NCBI GenBank assembly: GCA_905178155.1
Contig: CAJINV010000002.1
Coordinates: 9,864,650 to 9,928,649, forward strand
Length of the DNA stretch: 64,000 nt
DNA from: Amoebophrya sp. A120
Lineage: Eukaryota; Protista; Dinoflagellata
Direction: 5' to 3'
Part shown: positions 50,429-63,638 of the stretch, piece after piece
How the letters are laid out: every line of letters starts with the position of its first letter
Numbering within the stretch: the stretch's first letter is position 1
Translations under genes and position numbers: made by a program
Notes under the pieces: generated by a model
Told to the model about the DNA's origin: nothing
Databases searched by the model: none
What the model saw: the letters and a program-made list of their open reading frames with translations, nothing else

Positions 50429-53400
50429 ATGACGCACTACAGCACGAATTTTGTCTCTCGCCCCACAGCCAAGCTATTGCCCCTCGTCTTCTTCTTCACT
50501 TCTCTCACCGAGGAACATCAAGTGGCTGCTCGAACCCAGACGTCCAACCAGAACAAGCAGGAGAATGCGAAGAAGCAACAGCAAACCCTGGGGTTCAACC
50601 CGGGAAGCCAGCAAGCGGCGCAGGTGCTGGACGCGAATCAGGGCAGTGGGGCCAGTGGAAGTGCAAATCCACCGCTTGCGTCGCCTTCGGTGTCGGTGTC
50701 GCAGTCCGACGCACCATCTTCGGGTGCTGCCGCAGCCGCGCAGGTGCAGCAGAAGGAGGACGGAAAAAACAGCGAAAGCGCTTCTGGCAGTGAAGGAGCA
50801 GCACAAACAAGTTCTACTTCGTCGGCAAAAGCAATAGACAGTGATGGCGGCTCTTCCACCGCGAGCCCCGGGAACAAAGAAGCGGCAGGAGAAGTAGAGA
50901 ACAAGGTGGGGGACAAGAATTCAGCTGCAGATTCGTCCTCTAAAACCGATGCTGACAAGAAGAAGAAGGAGGAGCCAACCGAGCCCAACACGTTCTGGAA
51001 GGAGCTGCACCAGGAGCGGGTGCTGCTGATTCTCCTACCCATCGCGATTTTCCTTGCGGTCGTCTTCGAGCGCGCGCACCGGAAGTGGCTGCGCGTCAAC
51101 TTCTCCCTGGAGCTCGACCGCCCCCACGTGTCCGTCGACAACAGTCTGTCGGGACTGACGCACAACCTGTTCCAGACTGCGGTGTCTCTTTCCGGGATCT
51201 ATTTCAAGCACCCGGCGGGGAAGATCAAGGGCTTGTCCTACATTCTCATGCTGGTCTGCCACAATTGCTTCGGCAAATACATCGACGTGCAGTTTTTCTC
51301 GTTCACGGCAAGGTTTTGGGACTTCTACCAGCACCCCTCGCTGGAAGTGTTTCAAGCACTCATCCTCAACTGGCTCATGCTACACACGGCCGCGGTCTTG
51401 ACCTGTATAGAAGTAGCAGCGTTTTTGATGTTTTTTCAGAACTTTATTCGGTCAAGTGATCTCCTGTGTGTTGGATTAATAGGATTTGCGGTTTTTCTTT
51501 TGGATCGATATGGTGTGCATGATATCAGGAGCACGCTCCTGGAGTCTCGTTACGTCCATTGTTGAGGTTCTTTATTACGTCGAATAAAAATCAACACAGC
51601 CGTCTACTCGGTGTACATCGAGAAGATGTTGAAGCTGCACTGGCGGGAGCACATGACGGTGTATTTCGAGAAGATTTGGCTGCCCCGCAACTACGAGTTC
51701 TCGCTCCGGGACGACAAAGACATGGACAACCCCGACCAGCGGATCCAGGACGACATCAACGATTTCGTGGAGTCCAGCTACGGGCTGTCGCTCGGCCTCT
51801 TCAACGCCGTGTCCAACTTTTTCCTCTACAGCTACATGCTGCTGCAGATCGCGCCCACCAACTTCTTCGGCATCTGCAACTTGCCGGGGTGGCCGATCTT
51901 CTTGTCGCTGATCTACGCGTCCGGAGGGTCGCTGCTGATCCAGATGATCGGGAGCGAACTGACGATCCAGGACTGGCAGCTGCAGCGCTACAACGGGAAT
52001 TTCCGGGCCGAGTTGCGGTGGAACTTCACCATGAGCGCCCAGCTGGCCTCCATGCACGCGGCGAAAGCGCAGATGCGGCGGCTGCTGCAGCGCTTCGAGG
52101 AAATCAAGAAGTTGTCGTGGGGCAAGATCCGGCTGGAGCGGCAGCTGGACGTGTTCGAACACTTCTTCGGGTCCGTGGAGGCCATCATGTTCACCTGCAT
52201 GTTGCTCCCCTTCTTCATCCGTGGCGAGGTTACTCTCGGAAACATCAAGCAATGCGAGTTTGGGCTGCACCGCGTGCGCGCCTGTTTCGACTTCTTCGTG
52301 CGGTCCTACGGCTCCTTGGCCCGGTACCGCGCCTGCTGCGACCGGTTGAGCTACTTCCAGAAGAAGTTGCTAGAAAACGCGGACTCCAGCAACTTCTCGA
52401 CGGCCGAGGGCCTGAACACCGGGAGCTATCGTACAAGAAATTTGATTCATCGGCGATTCGAAATGGAAATAATTTTAATTCCGAAGTAGTCCTTCATGTG
52501 GTCATGCTAATGAGCAGAAGAAGTAGTAGAGGAAGATCCCACGACCTGCTTATCATAATCGGATCAAATTGTCGGTTCCGATTTGTTGTTAGGTTAGCGG
52601 TGTGCATCTAGCTGTTAGTGGAATAAGTATAAACACAAGCACTTTGCTCATGCTCTTTTGTATGCTTAAACTCGTCATCGAATTTTTTTTTGCGATAGTC
52701 CTCCGGACCTGAGTCCGAAAGCGGCCATACCATTGTACGGCACGCAGGCCGAGCAACAGCAGATCTCCCAGGAGCTCGCCCAGTTTGGCACGGACGAGTT
52801 GAACGACGACTGTGCTTTCCGCAGCGACTCCTGCTACTCCGAGTCCGATACCACCGCCAGCTATCGCGGTGGCAGCGCCACCTCCGAAGCGGACTTTGGA
52901 TCCAGCACGGGGCCGCCGAGCAGTGTGGTGTCCGATGCGGAGGGTGGTGAAAACGGGTCCGGCGAAGGTCAACAAGCCCTCACCCCCTTGACGCGGAACC
53001 AGATGTGTTTCCAGCACTTCCGCGATCTGGCGACGAAACTGCGCACCGGGCGGGTGACCGTGTGCCTGCCCAGCGGCCAGGTCATTTTGAAGCACGTCCG
53101 GTTCGCGCTGCCCTCGGGCACGCGCATTTTGCTCTGCGGGCCTGAAGGCACGGGGAAGTCCACCTTTCTGCGCGTTCTGGCGGGCGTGTGGCCGTTCGTC
53201 AAGTACGAGGACGAGGTGTGCGAGCACCTCGGAACCGTGTTGCAGTCCGCGAACATTCACCGGTGGGAGCAAATTACCAACGCAGTGGACGACGACGACG
53301 CTGACCAGGAGCAGGACCACCAGCAACGCCTTTACAACCACCTTGACCAGCAGAACAACGGGAGCAATATTGCGGACGACAAGCTCGCCCTTCTTTCCGG

Positions 53401-54424
53401 CTACGACTTTGCAAACCGCGCGGGAACATCATCATCTGGTGCAACGACCACTTTGCGGCAGCGCCGAGGTCCTCGTGCTCCTGGGAATAGTAGTAGCAAG
53501 AGGAACAAAAAGCTGACGGACTTTCTGTTCGAGTACGATCGGTCCGGGGGCGGGGGATCGGGCAGCGTGCTCAGCATCGGCGACGATATTGACGCGGACC
53601 ACATCGTGAACCACGGCACCACGACCGGGACAAACACCAAGAGGCTGGCGGCCTTGAACACGACTACTTCGAAGGCGATCCGGTGTGGTAACTTCAAATT
53701 TTTCCCCAAATCGCTGGCTGAAGCAGAGTCCGAGGACGAGGAGGAGAACCACGAGCTGCACCAGCCCAGGAACAAGGAGCTGCCGTACCTGATCCCGCAG
53801 CGGGGGCCCGGACTGCCGTACCCGATGACGTTCCGGGAAGCCATCTGCTTTCCGGATCCGAAGGACACCTACTCGGACAACGAAATTTACGAAGCTTTGG
53901 GGAAGGTGAAGCTCGACCTGAACGCGAAAAAGATCCTCGACTACACGTCAACGCAGCTGCAGCAGCAGACAAACACGACCGCGGCAACTGCAGGTGCGCT
54001 CGGTGCGAGCGCCGACGACGCCGGCGGGGCGGGAACTACCCTGTCGAGACATCAACCGCAGCAGCAAAAGCGTATCGGGCTGGACACCGCGATTGACGTC
54101 GCGCAGATCCTCTCGGGCGGGGAGTTGCAGCGCCTCATGATTGCGCACTGCCTGCTCGCGAAGCCCCGGATTCTGCTGCTCGACGAGGCGCTGGTGCACT
54201 TGAGCCAGGAAAACCAAAAATTGATGTACGAACTGCTCAACGACGAGCTGGTGGTCAAGCGCAAAACGGCCATCGTGTCGGTCTCGCACGAGTGGCGCAG
54301 CCTCCTGAACGTCCACGACCGGTACTACAAAATCGACCGGAACACGAAGCGCTTGCATATGAAATCAGAGCAGCACGACTACTCGAGCCCACCAGCAGCG
54401 AACGACTGTCGGGGAGTTGCATGA
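50429..54424 (+). CDS. ABCD-subfamily (ABC_membrane_2) half transporter; introns 51405-51599 and ~52416-52712
   Basis: DNPDQRIQDDI motif and transmembrane helices. Walker A GPEGTGKST, signature LSGGELQR, Walker B LLLDEA, and SVSH. Exons join in frame. Confidence 0.88.
52427..52697. other. Probable decayed IR-type non-canonical intron in the ABCD gene (boundaries uncertain)
   Basis: ctatcgtacaagaaattt...aattttttttgcgatag imperfect IR. The obvious GT(52431)-AG(52698) splice hits a stop, whereas removal at the cctga direct repeat (52416-52712) is in frame. Confidence 0.5.
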
Positions 54425-55877
54425 TAATTATTGTCGGACTGAATCACACATGAGGTGGTTTTGCATTCGTGCCCTAGTAGGTATGATTGACATTGAAAAA
54501 ACGTATTTTTATTGCATGCTGCCAGTACGTCAAGTAGAAGGGCGACGTTATCGCTATGGCATGCTACGGACACGAATATGCCGATGCAGTCGACGCTGCG
54601 TGTGGGAAATGAAGTTTTTGAGCTGCATACCGCTTCGGTTTGATCCCTACAGCGAAGAAGCGTAACCGAGACGGGGCGGTCACGATAGAAACAGCCCCAG
54701 CAAAACACCATGAAAGCCGAAACGTATGTCTAAGCATTTTCCACAGTGAGCCTCTTGATTTCGAATGCATTGCAATTGGTAAGTGCACTTGATGTTGGCT
54801 TATCACTTGCACGACGCTTTCCGTTTTTCGTTTTCTGAGCCTATTCAGCAAATTGCGTCCTTGTCTTCTTGAAGGGACAAGCAAGACTGCAGTTGCTTTT
54901 CACGTAGCTCAACAACTTATCCTCGCGTAGAAAAAAATCGACATTTCACCGTGTGATACTCCACAATTCTCAATTTCTGTACAAAACATTTTCGCCACGA
55001 AGGCGGACTATTATCTGTTGATAGATGTATCAAAAGTTTCACTCCAGCCAGATCGATGCATTGCTTCATTTGGTAGAAGCAAGAAATCTCTTCACATGTA
55101 CAATCGAAGCAATTATAGCAGTCAAAATAAACGACTTCAGAGAAAAATTAGCAGCCACCTGCATTGCGATGGCGTTTATCTTTACTTACATCAAAATCAA
55201 TGATGACAAATCAACAATGAAGAACGTACTCTTGTTGGTGAAAAATATTGCCCACGTCTGAGTTGCTTTTTTTTCCCATAGTACAGGGAGGTACTCGTAG
55301 CTAGAGGTATGTCGTGTTCGATGTGAGTGGCACAACTACATCGGCTGAAATGTCACCCATCGATCGGTATCGTGTATTGGTATGATCCAGTTCGCCCATC
55401 GTGACATCCCTTTAGACATTCCATTGTTGCTTTTTGCGAACGTATCATTTGACTTGTGAATGTCTATCATCTCAGGCAGTGGAAGTGAATACTCCCATGC
55501 GGCCCAGTTCAGGAAAATTCGACATTCTCAGGAGGTGGTAAAGATCTTGCTGCAAACAAATGTCGTCTCTATGTGTGAAGGTATCGTCGTATTTCCCGCC
55601 GGTATGAGGTAGAAAAACGAAAACTCGCTGCTCGTAAACGTAATCTAATTCGTCGTAAATCGCTACCGAAGTAGCATGTGAGCTTCTCGTAAAAATCGCA
55701 ATCGAAATAGAAAACTATGAGTTACCTGCTTTGCTCTTGTCGAAACAATTCTAGTACCTTCAACTTATTTTTCCCTATTGCAGCTTTTCTTTGCTGACGC
55801 CCTGTCGTGTTTTTCATCCTTGCACACAGTTCCTGCAGCTGAAAAACACGTCGTTCTACTTGAAGCAAAAAAAAGTC

Positions 55878-56681
55878 ATGCTATCTTCCTTGCGGAAAGA
55901 CATCCGGGAAACTATCTCGGTCGGGGCTCCGATGTACAACAACGGCAACCCCTCGGGCTGCCTGCGTCTGTACCGGGGGCTCGCGGGGGAGATGCTGTCG
56001 AAAATGGGCAGGGCAAGCTCGTTGGACCAAACAGAGAAGCAGGCGCAGGACCGACTGCAAAAGGCAATGGAGAAAATCGACCAGCGGAGCGCGACCATGA
56101 CGATGCCAACAAGTTCCTCTGGTTCGACTTCAAATTCCATGGTCAAGGAGGACGCGTGGACGTTGCGGCGCGCGTTCGACGATATTTTGTCCATGGGAAC
56201 CCCCGACATGATGCCGGACATGGAGGACGTGCGCGTTGTGAAAGTCCCGTGTCAAAATCCGAGGAATTGCCAGTTCCCCAATTGCAACTGCGAGAGCAAA
56301 GCAACTCGGTCTTCGTCAAGCACAGTAATGATGGTCAGAAACCAGAATTGCCAAAACCCGAAGAATTGCAAATTTCCAAACTGTAACTGCGGCGCTGCTC
56401 CATCAAATTCCGATATCGCAAGGGTGTGCCAGAACCCGCGCTGTTGCAAGTATCCGAATTGCAACTGCGGCAGCAACAGTCGCTCCTGCGGTGGGGGTGT
56501 GCCGTCAGTCTGTCAAAACCCGCGGTGTTGCAAGTACCCCAACTGCAACTGCGGGCGCGCGGCGGGTCGTAGTTCCTCCTGCGGACGGGGTGGCATGCGC
56601 GGACCCCCCATGGGCTGCAGGAACCCACACTGTTGCCAGTTTCCTAGGTGCGGTTGCAATGCGGTAAGTAGAGGCTGCTGA
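55878..56681 (+). CDS. Hypothetical protein: N-terminal helical domain plus five Cys-rich repeats
   Basis: N-terminal ISVGAPMYNNGNPSGCLRLY...AWTLRRAFDDIL, then five CxNPxxCx(F/Y)PxCxC repeats. Confidence 0.75.
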   Translation: MLSSLRKDIRETISVGAPMYNNGNPSGCLRLYRGLAGEMLSKMGRASSLDQTEKQAQDRLQKAMEKIDQRSATMTMPTSSSGSTSNSMVKEDAWTLRRAFDDILSMGTPDMMPDMEDVRVVKVPCQNPRNCQFPNCNCESKATRSSSSTVMMVRNQNCQNPKNCKFPNCNCGAAPSNSDIARVCQNPRCCKYPNCNCGSNSRSCGGGVPSVCQNPRCCKYPNCNCGRAAGRSSSCGRGGMRGPPMGCRNPHCCQFPRCGCNAVSRGC

Positions 56682-57219
56682 GAAGAACTACACCAGCGCC
56701 ATTCGTATGTATTTACTGTGATGATTTGAAGATTTCCTTGGCTTCGTTCCGCCACCTGGGCGCTGACGGTGAAAGTCACTGAAGGGCAGCTATCTCGATC
56801 TCAACACGTTTCCTTTACTGTACGATTTTCAGATGTAGTTATTAAGTTTTATGCTACAGGTTTCCTTTAGTTACAGGAACGCACCGATGTGGATTCGAAT
56901 GTGGGGATGGAGCAAGCCTTTCTGGTAGTGCTTGCACATAGGACAAGCAACCCATTGGATATCAGCGTAGTTGTTCTGTTCTTGCTTCAAGAAAATTCGT
57001 CTCTCGTTGTACAGTTTCCTGCTCGTCGAGTATGAGAGATTACGTCGAGCTGAGAGTGAGATAACAATGCGGTGCTCGCGTAGGTTCGACAAAATTCCTC
57101 TGAGGTCGGTTTTGTTCGAAGCGGTACATTAGTTGATGAAATTGATAAGTCCGATTATTTAAAGATCGCTTTCTATTTCAGTTTTTGAGCTCAAAAAGTC
57201 TATCGTTATTTTTGCCGTG

Positions 57220-60200
57220 ATGTCTGAAAGTGAAAAAATGAAAATGCACGTGGCGAATTCCGAATTTGGACTCCAAAGCGAGCAGAATATGCAGCAAGGA
57301 GTTGATGTAAGCAGCTGCAACAAGCAGGAACACGCACCGTCGAGCAAGGGATTTCCGCTGACCAAGCCTGCGCAATCCACCGCTCTTGGAATCCGGGATG
57401 ATGATGATGGAGCTGGTCCCGCTCGCGCATTCCGCAAATCCCAGCTGCGCGTCCTCTTTGCTGTATTGCTCGGAGCATTCCTGGTCCCCGCGTACATCCA
57501 TTTCTGTCTAGAATACGGCTCGAGTTCCACGCTGGGCTTCAGTTTCAACCGCGCAGCAAGTAACAGTGAATACCGTGAAGATACCGACGTGCTGACGAGT
57601 CTTGTGCCGACGATCCTCGATTTCGTGCCTGGATTTTCACGCCCTTCTCGTCCCAGTGCTGCAGTTACTGACACGACAGGCCGCGGAGACTCGCAGCGTG
57701 TCTTTCCGAGCACCTGGCGCCGTCTGCGCGCTGAGATTCTAGTGACGAAGAACGCGGAGAGGGGTTTTCCAGGAGCCGGTGCAGCAAGTGATGGTCAAGA
57801 CCGGCACCAGCGTTTGTCGCAGCACCTGTTGGAAGAAGAAACAAAGTTGCAGCAGATGCTGACGCTCGCCTGGGACATCCACGACATGACGACGACGATG
57901 GAGCACCGCATTCCAAGCGGCAAGAAGCTAACCTTCGAAGCTGTTGGGGGTGCTTTTCCAAACGACCATGTGCTCAGATTCTGGAATTTCGATCGGTATC
58001 GTGTCTGCTTTTGAATTTCATTTTTATGGCCACGCATAGTGGGTGCCGCGTTGTGAGTAGTAATTTGCCTGCTCATCTGGTTGAGGCACCATGCGAAAAT
58101 CACTGGCTTTTGATGACCACAGGGCAATAAAAAAAACGTAAATTGAAGAAGAAACTCAGGTATCAATACGACCTGGATCCGGACAAACTGAACACGGTTT
58201 TACAAAACGAGTACAAAATCGGGAACTTTCGGTCGTCCTACTCGCGGCTGGTCGACCGGTTCCCGCTGTTTTGTGTGGACAGTGAGATGAACGACCACGA
58301 CTCGAGTGCATCAACAACTTCCTCTTCTGCAGAAGTTGTCCGTGTCACTAGCTCCTCCTGCGAAGAAAAATTCGGCGGTGGATTTGACAAAATTCAGCAA
58401 ACTATCGGGACTTTGGTGAAGCTGGAATATCGAGTCACGAATTTTCAACACCTCATGCACGACGATGAAAACGCAGAAGCGGAAGTGAAGCAGTTCGAAA
58501 TTCAGTGGCTGAAGAACATGGAGAAGATAAGATCCAAGCAGCTACACGGTGCGGAAGGTCGTACTGGAACGTCGAAAATTCGGTTGCACTTCTTCTCCGA
58601 AGGCAGCTCCGTCGACTACGCGTTTTTCAGTGCAGTGGAAACGCGAATCTCGCTGTTCTGCTTGGCGGGGTTGGGTGTTTTCGCCGCGGTCGGTCTGGTC
58701 GGCATGGTTTTCTTGTGGAAGAAGCGATATGTCGTCGAAACTAATGTAGCTGATTCTACTGATGTTGGCCAGCAAATCGTCTCCAAAATCGAACTTACCG
58801 GCACGCTCCAGCGCATCGCTTTCTCCGCTTGCAAAGTGTTTCTCACCACGGTCACAACCTTTGCGATCTTCGTATACCACTGCTGGACGCTGGTGAAAAA
58901 TGCAGAAAATGACAACTACAACACTCCGACCAAGACCGACTTTCAGTTGCTGTTACCGAATGTGATCAAATTTCTCACGTTCGCCGTTCTGCCGGTGCTG
59001 CTCTCCGGGCTGGAGTTAGGGCTCAGGGCGGAGAAAAAGAGCACGACCCTGCTTGTCGTTCCGACGATTCTTCTTCTAGCACTTGGCTTGCTCTTTCTGA
59101 CGGTTTTCGGTGCGAGCAATTCTGGACCAGAGACGACGCAGGAGTACTGGGCAATCACTTTGCTCATCGGGATTAGTGTGCACGCAGCGATTCACTGGGT
59201 GTTTGGGCATCTGTTTCGTGCTGGAAACCCAGGTTTTTTACCACGACGCACTTCGTCTACAACAACTACCGTTGAAAATGATTCCGGGACCAAAAATGTG
59301 CAACAGGCACTCCACGAGAAGCAGGAAGGGGACGAAATGCGTGTGGACGTTGTCGTTCCTGTCGACAATGAGCTCTCTCGAATAAGCACAAGCAGCAACA
59401 AAAACAATCATTCCCCAGAAAAAACCACTTCTCGTAGCACCACGCCGGCGAAGCAAACTCACGATGCAGACGACAAAGCTTCCGCCGGTTCAAGCACCGA
59501 GTTGAATTTCACGGATCCTTCGTCGGCATCGGTATCGCAAACGACATCCCCTACGAAAGAAGAGGTGTACGACGAAAACGTTGAGCACGACAAGGAGTTT
59601 GCGATCAAGCAGAAGTCGAGTGCAGCCTCGGACAGTGCCTTCGCAGGCACAGATATCGAAGCGGAGGTGGAGATGAACGAGCACACAGTAGTGAAAAATA
59701 CTACAAGGAAGACGCTCGCCCTCATCCGAGCCTTCCTGTTTCTGTCTTCGCTCGCTTTTGCCACAGTCGTTGTTCTGATTCGGAACGGAGAGGAAAGGGA
59801 AAGAAGCAATACGACCTCAGACTTGCTTTCAATCGAGAGCTTTGTCGTCACGCCTTGGGCCGCTACAGCAACGTCTTTCGCGTCGTCCTCTACCGCGCAC
59901 GTGCGAAACTACTTGGAGTACAAGCAAAACCAATCTGTTTTCACCAACGACGAGGTGGAAATCGTGTACAGCGTGGCTCCTCCTCAAGACGCTGTCACCA
60001 GGCAGAATGATCCGAATGATCCACATCCTCCGGTCCACTTCTCGACAAAAACCGAACTGCTGGAAGAAAAGCGGTTTGCTGAAAACTTGAAAAACCACCT
60101 GTCACAGCAGTTTTATTCGAGTCCGCGCTCTGCTGACTGCCATCCCTTCACCACGACCGCGTTCTTCCAGGATTTTGAGAAGTTCCTCTGGGAAAACGGA

Positions 60201-61268
60201 CTGGACAGCACAGAGAAAATTCCGAGCAGCTTGGCCCACGAGTTCGTTCACATGAAGCAATACGAACACTGGAAGGCGGATCTGAAGTTCGCTACAGTTC
60301 TTGATCCCGCTTTTGGAATGGGACAACAGAAGCAGTACTATGTCAACAACTTCAAATTCCGCGTGAAGTTCTCCTGCAACGCAGAGAAGATCCGAACGCA
60401 GGAAGTACTAGCTGCGGCGCAGCAGTTTGTGATGGCGCACAAGAACCCGAACGAGAGCCAAAAAATCTACTTACGTGCCGCGGTTTTCTATCCGTTCGCG
60501 GATTCCTGGTCGATGGACAACGGGTGGACGGGGGTTGCTACGAAAAACGGTTTCTTCACTGCTTTTAGTGGAAATAAAGAACACGTTCCTTCCAGCGACC
60601 TCGACCGCTTTGCTGCCACCACATCAGCTGGACCCGAAGTAGACGAAAACACTTCTTACGACTTGGCCATCTTTGCGGTTGTTTCCAGCCTTTTCCTCGC
60701 AATCGGAGTTGCGGTTGTGGAAAGAAAAACCTCCTACAGGTGGATGAACGAACAACGGTCCCTCTCGGCCTGCTTCAAACTTGTTTCATCCACCGCCCTT
60801 CCTCACTTGCTGAGTCTATTCGCGACTGTGGCGGAAGTGTTTGCTGTCTTTCTGTTGCTTGCCGCAACAACCGGCGAAAGCGAAAGTGGCGGTTCTGCAG
60901 GAGGCAAGGATGAAGCTGACGGAACAAGGCTCGCAAACGGCTTGCTGCCCATCTCGGCCATCAGTCTGACCGCCATGTTCGTCTATTTTCTTGCAGCGAA
61001 GACAACTACATCCGTTGGAGCTGCATCAAAGTGGTCCTCCTATGAGCCGCGCTGCACTAGTCCGGGCACTAAAATGAACACCGCGGCTCGACCAACACCA
61101 ATCGGCTCCCTCTCGCAGCAGCAACACCTGTTTCTGTGGGCGGTGCCGATCTTTTCGTTTTTCGTTTTGCAGATGGTTTTCTTTTCTGACATCGTTGCAT
61201 TTCAAACAAGTGGGGTTCTCTTGTTCTCGACGGTACTCTTCACTATTTTGAACTCTATCAAGATTTGA
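57220..61268 (+). CDS. Multi-pass membrane protein, possibly divergent Patched/NPC1 (RND-like); intron 57996-58159
   Basis: The two ORFs join in frame (FDR|YQYD) via GT-AG. Topology of 1 TM + luminal loop + ~5 TM occurs twice. Family assignment rests on topology only. Confidence 0.5.
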
Positions 61269-62475
61269 CGCAAAAGTGATGCCAAAAGGCTGCAGGAAGC
61301 ATCCCGTGAATAATGAATCATGCTGGTACTAGTATTAGCGCAAGCGAACCAGTACGTACAACTAGTGCAAGACGCACGGCTTCATAGATTTCCGCAATGA
61401 CAAACCTTTCTTACTTTCAAAAGATTAGCAAATAAGAAAACTACCACCTTTGCTATACAAAAAGTGAGCTTTTACTGTGCCTCTTTTCGCAAGTGCTGCA
61501 TGCACCTAGATACTTTGCTACTCGAATGAAAGGCACAAAACAGACTGCACTGGTTCCAGATATCGTCTCTCAAAAAAGTATCCTCTAGCCGTATTATTTT
61601 TGTCTTTGTATCAACCTTAGGAGCTTACTACAGAATTCACGCTGCTCCAAAAATATTTCATTTCCCCTTACTTCTCCTATTCCACTTTCACATACCAGAA
61701 TTGTTGAATGATCTCGAGAAAAATTAATTTGCCTGTAGTTCCTATTCGTCTAAAAATTGAACTTCTATTTTCTGACTTCTTTATGTGGGTTTTGCACCGT
61801 TACCGAGCGCCAGAGATTTTGGAAACACCTGCCACGGTAGCAGTTAGCGAACAAGTAGAGCAGGATGGTATTTCAAATAGTTTACTTACTGTATGATATC
61901 TTTTCCATCCTTCTGACACCACGGTGCTCTGCTGCAATTCCAAGAAACAGTCGCAAAAACACACGGCAAAACAAGCCAACTTCGAGCTTCTTGTATATAT
62001 TGAGACGCGTACGCGGGCGGAGGGACCAGGAGCAGGACCACGACAGGGATCTACAAAATAAAAACGACGCGAAGATGAAAAAAGCTTTCTGCCGAGAGGC
62101 CGCCGCCCCCACTCGGAGTTCGCGCGGTGTTCGCGCTCCTAATTATCATCCCGTTTCTGACACCGGTGATCAGCGATTGTGTGTCTTAGAGTGTACTTGC
62201 GGTTCGTCAAGAGCAATAATCTCTTCAAGGATCTATCTCCAGTCGAAGCCCAGGCCCTTTTGTGTTGACCCGCGGGTCAGCCTAGGTACAGGTAGCTAGA
62301 CATAGCACAAAGAAATAAACGTCATTCTTTCTGATACTACTGACACTGTAGCTTTGGTTTTCAGCTTCTCCGACTTTGGGTCGGTTGTAAGACATGGTCG
62401 CAACTTTGTCATTCGTCTTTTGGAGGAGGTTCTGTTCAATTTACTAGACCACAAACGAAGCTACCAAGCAACGTG

Positions 62476-63638
62476 ATGATGGAGCATCCTTCCGTTTCCT
62501 CCGCCTCGAAGATCGAAGTCGTTGGTGGCCACGCAGCAGCCGGAACCGGGCCTGCAATCTTGAAGGCACCACAACCCGGGCGGCTCTGGAAGCCCTACCA
62601 GGAGTTGACGGAAGAGCAGCGAGCGGAAGATCCTACACAGAAATCCAGGGGAGATGTGGAACACGCCTTCTATCAGGAGGTATATCACGCAGTCGATCTA
62701 CATCCGACCGCAGACGTAAACGAAGTGAGCCCCCTGAGCCCTTTCCTGCCCAAGTTTTATGGCTGTGTCTTCGACGAAAAGACCAGCTCCCGTTTCCTCG
62801 ATCTTGAGGATGTCACGGCAAATTTCGGAAAACCGTGTGTGTGCGACTTGAAGATCGGAAGAAGAACCTACGACGAGACAGCGAGGTCGTATCCCAGAGA
62901 AAAAAGCTGGCAGGGCATATTTGTAATGCGAAAATAAATACACAGAAAAACAAAAACTTGCCATGGGAGGGCCCATAGCATGCTGCTTCGGATATGCAAT
63001 ACAGATTTTTTTGCGTATCTATTTTTGCATTACAAATATGACCTGCCAGCTTTTTACTGTGTGATAAGTCGAAAAAAATTCTCAGCCAATCGACCGGGTA
63101 CCGACTGCAAGAAAGAATCGGATTTCGCTGCTCGGGCATGTCGACATTTGTGTTGGATGGCATAGGAGGAGAAACTACGGGGGAAGCGAGGCGTATCATC
63201 CACGATCACAAATGGGGCAAATCTCTAAACGAGACGCAAGTACTTGAAGGCCTACGCATGTATTTCGACGGCGGCGCGGCATTCTTAGCATCGTCATCTT
63301 CACTTGGTTGCAGTAAAACAGATGCGCGGCGGGGCCACAAAGATCACAGCTGCGAGTCATTGGTCAAGAAAGCGCTCGACCTACTGCAACAGCTTAAGGT
63401 CGTTTTGGAGACACGACCCAAATACAGACTGTACGCGACCTCGGTGCTTTTCGCGTATGATGCCGAGGACCCAGTTGCATCTCTTCGCATGAACTTGATC
63501 GATTTTGCACATGTTTTTCACATTCAGAAATACGACACAGGGACTGACTTTGAAAAGGATTTCAATTTCCTCTTCGGATTGAAATCCTTGATGATATATT
63601 TGAAACTCATAATGCAAAGAAATAACGAAAAACGATGA
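62476..63638 (+). CDS. Inositol polyphosphate kinase (IPK family), split by a TIR element
   Basis: Motifs LEDVTANFGKPCVCDLKIGRRT, GFRCSGM, TSVLFAYD, LIDFAH and NFLFGLKSL. Confidence 0.9.
62890..63066. mobile_element. Fold-back TIR introner-like element in the IPK gene (177 bp)
   Basis: ~60-bp imperfect IR tatcccagagaaaaaagctggcagg...cctgccagctttttactgtgtgata. TSD ggtcg/agtcg. Removal gives ARSKKILSQ in frame. Confidence 0.88.
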
